From: a virus
DNA: 64,000 nucleotides
Virus record (IMG/VR): IMGVR_UViG_3300027754_000060
Coordinates: 33,086 to 97,085 of that record
Strand: one strand, 5' to 3'
Part shown: piece after piece, positions 38,622 to 50,600 of the stretch
How positions within the stretch are numbered: position 1 is the first letter of the stretch
Layout of the letters: every line of letters begins with the position of its first letter
Translations under genes and position numbers: made by a program
The notes under the pieces: model-generated
What the model was told of the DNA's origin: nothing
Database searches by the model: none
The model's input: only the letters and a program-made list of their open reading frames with translations

Positions 38622-41600
38622 TTATATATCAAAGTTCATTGTTTCCGATGAGGATGGGTTAAGAGCCTTAAAATCTTGGAAAGCCTTTTTAATAGAAGAG
38701 GCTACAATATTTGCTATGTCTGGTTTTAACTGATTTAACACTGTGTCTCCATTGATTATAACGTTTATGTCATGTTTTCCTGTTATTTTGATCTCTGGTG
38801 GGATATTTAAAGAGGCCAATGTTGTTGCTATTTTATCTAGTCTAGAGACGAAATTATCTATACTAGATACTGATCCTTGACTACTATCAGATACACCGGA
38901 CGACTTGGGAGATAAACTTTTTAATGTGTCCAGACCTGTTTTAAGCATATCTTTAAAAGTGTTCATAAATGACGTAAAATCAAAAGCTTGACTAGAACCT
39001 TGACTAGGACCTTGACCAGTAGCTGGGACACCGTTGTTAGTGCCATTAAGATAATATCTGGGTACTGATAATCCACCCCTACTTAGATTTCTTACTATGT
39101 CTCCATGACTATATGTTCCACTGTTGATAGCTTTTAATACTGGTAGGTTTTGTTGTGTTGATTGACGATTAACAACAAATTCACCCGGCGTTAGCATAGC
39201 TGGTACAGTGTCTGTGCCTCTTGGCTGAAAATTTATATGACTGCCCTTGCTAGCATAAACAGTTCCTCCTAACGATAGTTGCTGAGCTCCATGTCTACTA
39301 TTCCCTGTGTTAGTTGTCGCCAATAATGTTGACGAGTCGCTGCTAATGCCCTTGCTCTCATTAGCTGCAAATTGGTTGGCTCCTTCATCTCCTGGAAAGC
39401 TTCCTCCCATGCTCCTAATGTCGGTCATGGTGCTATATATCTGATCTTGCTTCGAGGTATACTCTTTTGATCCCATAGCAAGCTGGTCTCTTTGTTCTAT
39501 TTGCTGCTTCAGGACTACTCTGTATGCTTGTCTTTTGTGCAATCTCTCAAATTCAGCATCTAGCTTCTTTTGCCTAGCTGCGTTCTCACTCCGAAGACTC
39601 CATACCTGGGTCTGAACTTTGTAGGGCTCACTTGCTGCTCCAAGTATTGCTCCAGCTGCTAATCCAAGACCCCCAGGAACAATATCATTTCCAATCAGAG
39701 CTCCGCGAGCTGTTGCTTCTAAAGCAGCTACCATTTCATCTTCATTTTCTGATAATGGTCTTCCTATCGCATAGCTCACTGATCCATTCGTGTAAGCTCC
39801 TCCAGAGCTAGCACTACCACTTATAACTCCAAGAACAATCCTGGTGGCTGGGTCCATACCCTGTGCTATCGCTTTTTCATCCATATATCCATCATAAGCG
39901 CCCTGAAGCATCTCTAAATAAGCGGCTCCTTTCTCTGAAACTCCCCCTAAAAATTTCTTTCCTAGAGGACCGCCCCTTAATAACTTAATAGCATCAACAA
40001 AATTAGCTGTGTCAGCTGCCAACTTTACTGCGTCCAATGATTTTGCAGCCATATTTGTTGCCGCCGAGCTATCCTCTCCAGTTTGAGCAGATTCTCCTAG
40101 ATATAGGCCATATGCACCAGTAATCATATCTACCGCACTGGCTAGCGCGTCAAACCCAGGTACATATTTTTCTAGATAATCAAGCGTCATTGGTTTAAGT
40201 AGTCCGTCTTTCATTTTTAACAACAGGGGTTCAAGAGCTGTCTTTGCTAATCCAGAAGCTGTCTCCAAGGCTGCTACTATTCCTCCCCCGTTATAATATC
40301 CTACAGATCCGCCCTTTTGATATCTTCCAGCTCCACTATTAATGCTTTTTAACAAAGGTAAATTTTGCTGAGTAGATGCTCTGTTAACAACAAATTCGCC
40401 TGGTGTTAGCATAGCGGGCACAGTATCTGTTCCCTTTGGTTCAAAGTTTATATGTTGGCCCTTGCTAGCATAAACCATCCCTCCTCTATTAATTAGCTGA
40501 GGTAGTTCTTTTCCTTTCTCGACCTTTTGCTCTGTTCCGTAATCTTTCTGATTCTCGGGTAACAGACCAGTCATACCAGCTATTATTTTTTCCTTACCCC
40601 AAAGTAAACCATAATTATTCCCCGTCCAACGAGCACTCTGTTCTTGGGGCAAGAAATCCTTCAGATAATCTAACATGGTTTTTATGGCATCTTCATTTCC
40701 CACAGCCAGGCTGGGATCTTCCTCCTGTAAAGCTGCAATATTGTCTTTAAGACTCTTGACGGCATCGTCAGTTACTTTGCCATATACCCCAGAGGTATTT
40801 AATATCGTATCCCTAGCCTCATAATAATTTCTTAATGCTGACCCCTCCTTTAGTATCTCTTTAATCTCAAGAGTCCCAGGGTCCCTGTCATTAAAAACAC
40901 GCAGACCATTCTCATCTATACGATTATTATAGTCATTTTCAATAATCCTCATCAGGGCTATTCTATCGAATGGATTGTAAAATATACTTTCAGGACTATA
41001 CGCAAGACCAATCATATCATTTATTGACCTTGCTTTAGGATCTTCCACCCTGGTCTTCTTTACAATATTTCCATTCTCATCTTTATCTAATTTATAAAAA
41101 ATTCCCCTATCTAAGGCCATTTCTGAGGCAGCAGCATCCTCATCAGATAATTTATAATTAGTTTTATTTAATAACTTAGTTTCTACTTCCCTATTTATTA
41201 AATCTCCTAGATTGCCATCGCCGGTCCAATTATGCCAATACTTAGTAGTCATTTCACCTAATCGAATTTTAGAAGGTTCCTCTTCTTTAACGGAAAAAGC
41301 ATTATCATCTGTGCTAAGACCTAGACCATTATAGTATTGTAGCAATCTCTGTAATTGAGCTTCCCCCTTATATAAATCTGTAAAACCAGCTCTATAAGCA
41401 TCTTTTCTTAAGTAAGCAGCAGATTTTTTATCAGTAATGTTTGTCATGTCATCATTAAGAGGACTAAGCACTGACAAAATATCTTCTACGCTTTGAATAT
41501 TAGCTCCTCCGAGCAGCTGCTGATCTTGTACGCCTTGATTGTACAGAGCTCTTGCAATAGTTACTCGTTTAGCATCAGTAAATTTAAACTGCTGACTTTC

Positions 41601-44600
41601 CACCTCTTTTGGAGTGAGAGACTGATCGACTTGGTTATAATTAGTTATAGATGCCTGTTTCTTCGCTTTTTCTATCCGTGCTTTTCTAGAGTCTTCAAAT
41701 GCTTTAGCTTGGAAAGTAAACGGTACCGGCTTATAACTACCGTCCTCACTAGTGACTATAGAGTTCTTAGCTTGTGGAGTTTTTGAAAATAGATTTTTCG
41801 ATAAATCATTTGCCTTCAGATCATCCTCTGTGGCCATTTTGTGAGTTTGCAAGTTATACTGAAATGGAACGCCAAGAGCGGGATCTTCCATTCCAGTCTG
41901 AGCATTATAAACGGGAGTATGGATTTGTAATTCATCTAATAACTCCTTAATGCTTGGATAGACTATCGGATCTCCTGTTAATGGATATTCAATAAATGGA
42001 TTGGAACTATTTACATCTTTTGTTGCTGCCAATCCTTCTGCTACTATATACGACTTTTTATCTTTTCCCCAACTCCTATTGGTGTTATTCCATACTGGGC
42101 TTTCAACTTCTTTATAACCAAATTGAAATTGACCCTGATGATATTCTTTTTGTTGCACTTTAAATATATCAGCTACTTCTGCTCCTGGTTTAAATCCCTC
42201 AAGGGATTTGTCACCCTCCTCTGAGAGATACTGGTTAGCTCTGTCCGATAGCCACCGATAAGTTTGCTCTTTTCCCGTGATATTTGAGTCGGTATCATGC
42301 TCGAACAGAGAGATACCCCGTGGAGGTGGACCTGCTTCATGATAATAAGTACCTGGACCATCTGGCTCCTCGCCTTTATCAAGATATTTTTGTTTTAGTT
42401 TGGTCTCAATATCAGCCCATTTAACGGCCTTGTTAGAGGTTGGTCCCAGAAGAGTTATGGGAAAAGCTGAACCCTCAAACCCCAAGGTATCAAGATTAGC
42501 AAAATCTTTCTCTGAGATTTTTACTTCAGGTATTTTCTCATCATAGAACTCGTCTAGGGCAGTTAGATTTCTCTTGACCCGTATAGATTCGCCAGACTCT
42601 TTATAATTTGCAGATTTTAACTGCTTGACTTCCTCATACTGCTTACTAACGTTATTAAAATAGTCCTTTTGATTGGTTATGAAATCGTCTTTTACATTTG
42701 CAAGAACGATTTCATTCGTTTTTGCTTGATTATCTATATTCCATAAGATTTCTCCTCCTGTATTTACGATTCCGATATTATGAGGAGTTGCTGTATTGCT
42801 CAAGTTTTTTGGACTCAAGTTGTCTTCGTAGAATGTTGCGAATTTCATGCCTGGTGTTTTTGCAGCTAATCCCTTTGCTAAAACCATATTATTACCAAGT
42901 ACACTTAGCATTCCCAGCGGGTTGAAATTATCAGGAGACTGCTTGTAATACTTTAGAGTGGCATCCATAGTTTCATTCTGAGTTTTTAATATGTCTTCTA
43001 TTGTCGGCTCTTTTCTATGTGGATCATATGAATTTGCCCAACTAATTATCTTCTCCATATTTTTCATATATTCTGGCCGATTTTTTTCACTCAGAGGCAC
43101 TCTAGACTTCTCATCACTAATAGTAGCTAATTTCAAATCGCCCATCGATTTCGGACCAAGTATTTTTCCTACAGATTTCTGAGCTGATAGTTTAGTTCCA
43201 TCGCCAACATCTTGGTCTATTTTATTATTGAACTCCCTCACATTGTCATATCCATAACCAGCTGTTGCTTTTACGCCGTCTTGAGTCTTGAGTGCCAAAG
43301 GATTATTTGTCGTTTCCCTTATCAAAGGATTTACAGTAGAAGACGAGTCAATGCTTGTTCTTGCACTCGCTGTCGGGCCAGTAGCGACCCACTGAGCATC
43401 TCCTATTTGAAGAGTTTTTCCGCTGGTATCAGCAATAACACTAGCTGCCGCCTTTTGCACATCCTCATATTTAGGAAAGGGACTTGTAGTCTCTCTAATT
43501 CTTTTGTTCCTATCTAACACATCGGACTTCAAGGCGCTATAATTTTCTATTGCCCCCTCATCAGGAGGTTTACCTTCGAGAGCTGCTACTACTCCTCCCC
43601 TGTCATAATATCCTACAGATCCGCCCTTTTGATATCTTCCAGCTCCACTATTAATGCTTTTTAACAAAGGTAAATTTTGCTGAGTAGCTGATCTATTAAC
43701 AACAAATTCGCCCGGTGTTAGCATAGCAGGTACAGTATCTGTTCCTTTGGGCTGAAAATTAATATGCCTGCCCTCGCTAGCATAAACCATGCCCCCAGAA
43801 GACAAACCACCAGCTCCCTTGTTCTTTTTTACTTCTGCGATAAGATCCTGAATACCCTTATTAATATCATCCAGTTTTTTATCATTATAGCTAATTGCAA
43901 CATCTGTAGTAGCACTACTAAGTTTTATAGCAGCTGTTTCTGCTGTTTGCTCAGCCATAAGCTTGCTTATATTTCCTAATTCTTTATTAGCCTCCGATTG
44001 TAAAGTATTCCCGAGATTATAAGCATCTTGAGCAGCTGTCATTTGAGGATCGTCTTCTGGATTCCTTAAGCTATCCAAGACCTGTTGCATCATAGGATCA
44101 ACACCTATGCCAGCTTCTGATAACTGGCTCTCTAAAACATTCGCTTTTAGCTCCGATTGTTTTTTGCCATTTCCAAGCAAAGGAGCAATAGAATTAAAAT
44201 CTTGTAAACTTTGACTTCTTTGTTCAGATGTTGTTCCTACATTAGCTACGCCTTTCATATTATTATTTAATCTTAACATGCTAGAATTAAATTTTGCTAT
44301 ACCTTCTTGATCTGAAGTTACCAGTCTTTCTATTAAATTTTCTCCAGATTTGCGTTGTTCTTTGATCTCAGACATTCTTGCTAGAGCAGCACTAGCAATA
44401 TCTGTATTTTCAGCCATATCTTTTAGAGCATCATAATTTTCTTTAAGAGCAACATTTGTAGCATTTAGTCTAGTCCTCATCATCTTGTATTCTTCTATTC
44501 CTCCCTGTCCTTTTTCTCTAACCAATGAATCACTAGATTTTTGTTGCTGTTCTCTCGTATCATTTAATCTTCTTACTGATTCTCCAATAGCTGTTGGATC

Positions 44601-47600
44601 AGAGGTTGCTCCTGTTGTTCTAGCCTTAAAAGAATCTTGAGTAATTTTTATTTGGCTATTCATGCTTGGGGAATTTCCCAAAGTTTTATTCAATTCATTA
44701 TCAGCTCTTATTTTAATGTCTGATGCTTTCCTCATTCTGCTATTGCTCTCTACTTGATATCCAGCAGCCTGGTTCATGCTTTCTGAATATTCATTAAGAT
44801 TCTTCTGCCAAAATTCCAAGGCCCTATTAGCCATGTCTTGTGCTCTTTCAGCACTACTAATAGTTTTACTAAAAGCTCCAACATTTTCAGTTAGTTCATC
44901 ATAACTTATAGATGAGTCTTCTCCTCCTTTACCTTTAAAGTCTTTAAAAGCTACTCCTGTTTCTCTAGCTAACTTATCAGCTAATTCTGGTGGAAGGTTT
45001 AAATCTTTAAGAGCTTTGTCTAGATCCATAGTGATATTAGAAGATAGGGATTCGTTACTAGCTGATGGATTCTTTTTAAGGGTCTTATTAACACTGGATA
45101 AAACAGTATCTTGTAGTTTATCTGGAACTTTCAATAAACCCTTAATATTTTCTGAATCGGCTCCAAAAAAAGCTCCAGCTTGACCTCGAGCTCTTTCGTT
45201 ATCTTTCTCAGAATATGCTCCTTGATTTTTCAATATATTTATACTATCTAATGATGTTGCTCCTGATTTAGCATTTCCGCTCAGAGCGTCGTTTGATAAA
45301 CTTAAAGAGCTAGACAATGCATCTAATTCAAAAGATGTTTTATTTATAGCCCCATCCATGTTTTTCAACATTCTGTCTACATTTAGCCCAAAGGTTCTTG
45401 CTGCTTTGTCTAGATCCTCTATAGCCATTTGTCTTTTAACAGCATTAACACTTAGGACAGTTCTTTTTTCTGCTTCTCTGGCTATTATTCCTTCCCTTAT
45501 TTTATTTTTTTCTTCGTCCTTTAGACCCTTTTGCTGCTCCAACAATAATAACTCTTCCTCGATTGCTGGATTAGCTCGAGCTATACTCTCTGCAAAAGTA
45601 CTAACACCACCACTAGAATTTTTTAATTCTCCAAATACTTCGTCAACAGTTTTTTCTCCATTCCGTAGTTCTGCTTCAAAAACTTTGAATATGCCTTCTT
45701 TAACTGGACTAAATGTTGCAGCATTCTTTTTAGCTTGTTCAGGAGCATATTCCTTCATTTTCTTTTGCCTATAGTCGTCTGCGTATGGGTTTAACCCGTA
45801 ATAACTAGAAGATTTAAGATAACCCATAGTACCTTCTTTTTGCAATATTTGAGATCTTTCAGATGCTTGTTTTGTATTTCCTGAGCCGAGAGCATCAAAA
45901 AGATTAACCCACATAGCATCAGGAACTTGAACATCTAAATTTATTAGTCCCTTGGCAGCATCTCCTGCTGTACCTAGTTGAGACTTAGCTTTATTCAAAG
46001 CTCCAATATCTGTATTATCTTTGGCGAAATCATTAAGTGCTTCGCTAGCTTTTTCTAGAGAGGTCTCTAGATTTTTAGTCTGTAGTGCTTTATCAAAAGC
46101 TTTTGCTGCATTGTGAGCTGCCATAAAAGCAGCAGCTATACCAACAGCAGCAGCAACAGCAATAGCTCCAGCTGCTACGTATGGGTTTGCCAGCATAGGT
46201 AGCAGCTTCTGAGCTGCGGAACCCATTACTCCTGGCATCTTCGACATCTCCGTTAGGCCTTTCGCTGCAGTATCCATTCCTGTACGTATTGCAGTGAATG
46301 CACCAGTACCCGCAGATGCTCCTGCTGAAATAGCAGCTCCAGCCACTTTAGATCCTCTACCAGCTTCAGGACCACCAGAAATAAAAGATCCAAGGTTATC
46401 TCCTAAAACAGCAACCAAAGACGAATATTTTATCATCTTAGCAGATGTTGCCTGTACAGCATCACTCATTTGTTTCATAGATCTATCAATACGGATATCT
46501 CTTGCTGAAACCCCCAGTGTTTTTAAGCTGTCTGCAGATAGTCCTGTTTGAGTGGACATTTCTTGTATAGCTTTATCGTAAGCAGCCATGTCGCTAGTCA
46601 TGTACCCCACCATCTCTTTAAAGCCTGTGGTTTGAAATACATCTTCCATGCTCTTATTATTCTCAGCAGCACTCATCATTTCATTAACTTGATCAGCAAT
46701 CTTAGCTGCGTTTTTTGGGTCTTCCGCCTTAGAGCCAGCAGCTGTAGTAAGGGTATCTGTCAGTTTCTTTCTTGTGTCATCAACATCCTTTTGATATGCC
46801 TCTGCTGTATCGGCACCCCCTGCTATAGCAGCAGCTTTTTGCCCTGGTCCTAATCTAGTAGCTGCTAAAAGCGCCTCTCCTTTTACATTAGTGTTGATCG
46901 CAGTAGCACTATCTGCTTTTATCCTATGTGCTCTCTCCAAAATACTTTGTTGAATATTGAGCTTCATTTGGTCAGCAGTTAATCCAGCTTGTCTTCCTAA
47001 TTCAGCTACAGCCTTTAGAGTATCTGCATTTGCCGTTCCACCAGTAATAAATCTCTGAACATATCCTCCACTAGCAAATCCCTGAACATTCCCAACGCTT
47101 CCTCCTTTAGCAAATCCCTGAGCCTTGTCAGCATGATTCATTTTTTCTAGTTTGTTATAACCAATACTCTCAGCAGCTTTTTTATTAATAACAAATTCAC
47201 CCGGAGTTAATAGGGCGGGCACCGTATCTGATGTTGCTCCACCCATAGCAAATCTTTCAACCAAGTTTGGATTTTTAATATCTGATGGACTCTTGGTATA
47301 TCCAGTTTGCAATACCCATGCTTCATCACTATGAGGAGGCCATGTTTTAGGATCTTCAGAAGGAAACTTAGTTTGATCAAACCATTTTGACCCATGATAC
47401 CAATTTTCTGGAGCTAATGGGGTTTTATTAACATCTCCACGATTTTTAAAATAATATTTCCATACATTATATGCTGATGAACTAACACTATGTCTATCAG
47501 AGACTAATTGATTTCCACTTTCTGTTACCCCCTCCATAACGGCATCGTATAATTTAGGTCCGTATCCACTAGTAGCGCTAGAACTTTGAACAGAAAACAA

Positions 47601-50600
47601 AGGAGCTGATCCTAGTTCTTGCAGCCTGTCTGCTACAACCTCACCACTAGCATTAGCATTGTCCAAATACTTAGCGCTAACTCTTCCTGGTTTAACCGTT
47701 AATCCTATTTTTTCATCTTTTCTAATCTTTTTCGCTTCTGCTGCTTCTGCTACTCCGCCCACAGCAAATCTTCGAGCTTGTGCCATACCCCCTGCCATAA
47801 ATCCCGATGGTCCAACAGGGCCCATCATTCTGGTGGCCTTATCTGCATGGTCTAGTACAAACTCCCTTTTATGATTTGCAGAGTTTCGAGCAAATTGACT
47901 CATTCCTCCTTCTTTACCAACATTATATTTCTGTAATTCATTATTTAGAACATCCATATAGTATATTCTAAGATCTGACAAGATATCGCTATTATCTCGT
48001 ATATAAAAGTCTAACTCTTCAGGAGCATCAGTAAACCATTTTCCTCTAGCTGCTTTGGGACTAGAGCTTGTAGCACTCTCGCCCATCAGCCGTTCCTTTT
48101 TTTCAGGAGTCATTTCTGTTCCCATATACCTCACTGTTTTTGGAGTAATATGATCCCTTGGAACATCTCCAACTCGATAAAGTCTAGTCTGCCCCTCGTC
48201 TGCTGGTTTTAGTTTTGATTTTAAATCTAGGAATTGTTTAAAAAAAACATCGGATTCTGATGGAGGCTTGGGAATATTGCTAATAGAAGGTTTTGGAGGG
48301 GGAGGGGGAGGTGGAGGCATAATAGGAGACCCCGGCCTATTAACTGCTGCTACTACTGGTTTTCGTGGTGGAGGTGGGGGAGGAGGTGGAGGAGGTGGAG
48401 GAGGGGCATGGAGAACCATTGATCCTGCTGCATATCGCTGAACTTTTGCTGCTCCACCAATAGCGAACTTTTTGGATGGTGGTGGAGGTGGTGGAAGTGG
48501 AGGACCGAGTTTTTTAGGTGCGGGTGGTGGAAGCGACGGACCAAGTTTTTTAGGTGCGGGTGGTGGAAGTGGCGGACCGAGTTTTTTAGGCGGAGGTGGA
48601 GGCATAGTAGGAGAACCCGGTTTATTAACTGCTGCTACTTTATTATCATAATTTTGCGTTGGCAATGAAGAAGAATTTCTTTGATAAAAAGCTGCAAGAT
48701 CATGCAAATATTTTTGTCTTTGTGGTACACTAGCACTACTTAGAAAACCATTAGCAGCAAATGCAGCGCTTCGTAATTTAGATTCTTCTGCGTCAAGACT
48801 TGTGCCCTTAAATTTTCTTCCACTGTTAACCCAATTAGGGTCTGTTATTGGTATCCTGGCAGATGGAGGTACAGCTTCCCCTCCTGCTGCATATCCCCTT
48901 GTTGCTCTGTTAACTGATACCATATCTTCAGCTAGCGATGGTGTTGGAGTATAAGCAGCATCTGAAGGCCCCTTTAATTTTGCTGCTAAAGCTAATTGAG
49001 CAGGAGTAGATGTCTTCCCCGGTTCTTTCAAAGATCCTAATAGTGCCTTAGAATCAATTTTCATTCCAGCCTTAGATTTTTTTTGCTCAATTATTTTTGC
49101 AAGATATGTTTTAAATTCTGGGATAGTATATCCCATAGTATCTCCATACTTTTTAGCTTGGTCAAACTCAAAATCTTTTAGACCCGTACCCTTTTGGAGA
49201 TCATATACTTCTCCACCAAGAGCAAGATGTAGACCATATTTCTCAGGATCTTGTTCTGCTAATTTACGCATAAGAGTAAAAGGTTCAAAGCCAGCGTGAC
49301 TTTGTATTTTCTTTTTACGTTCTCTAAGAGCATCAACCTGGTCTCCCATCATTTTATATGCTGGATCTTTTTCCATCTGCTTTCTATCCAGTCTGGCTGG
49401 AAAATTAGCTAGTTCTGCATCAATATCTGCAAGAGATAAGTCCTTTCTCGACTTAACCCCCGCCATAATTTCAGGCAATACTTTTTCTCGATTTTGTAGT
49501 TGAGTTAGATTCTTTTGCACTATATCAAATACAGCAGGAGACAAGAATTTTCTCATAGCTGGAATATCACCACTCAATATAGCTGCTCTAGTTGCTGTTC
49601 CACTTATCTCGTCTTCTCCTCCCTCAGCAGTAGTTCTCTTGCCCATTGGGGCTATCCTATATCCTTTGTCCTTATATTTCTGAAGCTGTTGCTCACTTTT
49701 TTCCGGTCCGGCCATATATACACTACTAGAATAGTCAGGACGAACAAAATGCCTTCTACCATCCTCGCCAGGCTTTCCCTCAAAAATATCAGGCATCCCA
49801 AAATCCTGATTTGCTTTATTAACTATAGATTTACTAAAAGCTGCCTTAGCTAATATCGTTCTAAAATCTTGATCAAAATTAACAGTTCTAAAATCATGAG
49901 CATCAGGATCTTTTGCTGTTATTGCTTCATTACTGCCCACCAAAACTGCAAAGTCTTCTTCGCTGAATCCAAGAGCTTTTGCCGCATCCAAGATAGACTC
50001 ATGACCCAGTGTGGTTGGAGCAAAACCCCCTTTTATTACTGCTAATGATTTTGTTTCTGCTGTTGGTCCTTGTAGTCTTTCTCCTTTTTCGTTCTTTAGC
50101 TTAAAACCCCCAACATCAACACCCATAGTCCTTAACTTTTTCGGATCTATCTCAGAAGCTAGCATCCCTTGCATTGATCCACTATCAGTAGGGGCTCCAG
50201 CAGTAGTTCCTGGACTTCTACCAAAAAGAGTATCCTTAAGAGGATCTTTGTTAGCATCTCTTGAACCCCTTCTTCTTTTGATCTCATCCCTTTGTTCTTT
50301 TGTTGAAGATTCTAAACTATATACTTTGTCTGCTGATGTTAAATATCCACTCAGTTTTTCTGGTGTTACAGTAGCAGAAACATCTACAATTTGTGAAACT
50401 GAAGCTATGTCTTCTGGAGTTAAAATAGCACTTCTTGTTGTTTTTCTTAAACTAGCATTATCTGCCTCCGATGATTTAGAACCCCCCAACATAAGAGAAC
50501 TTTTACCCGATCCTGCTACTCCCACTATAGCACTGAGACGATCTAATGATCCCTCTCCTCTAGCAGTAGCAGCTAATTTAGACAGATGCATTTTGTAATC

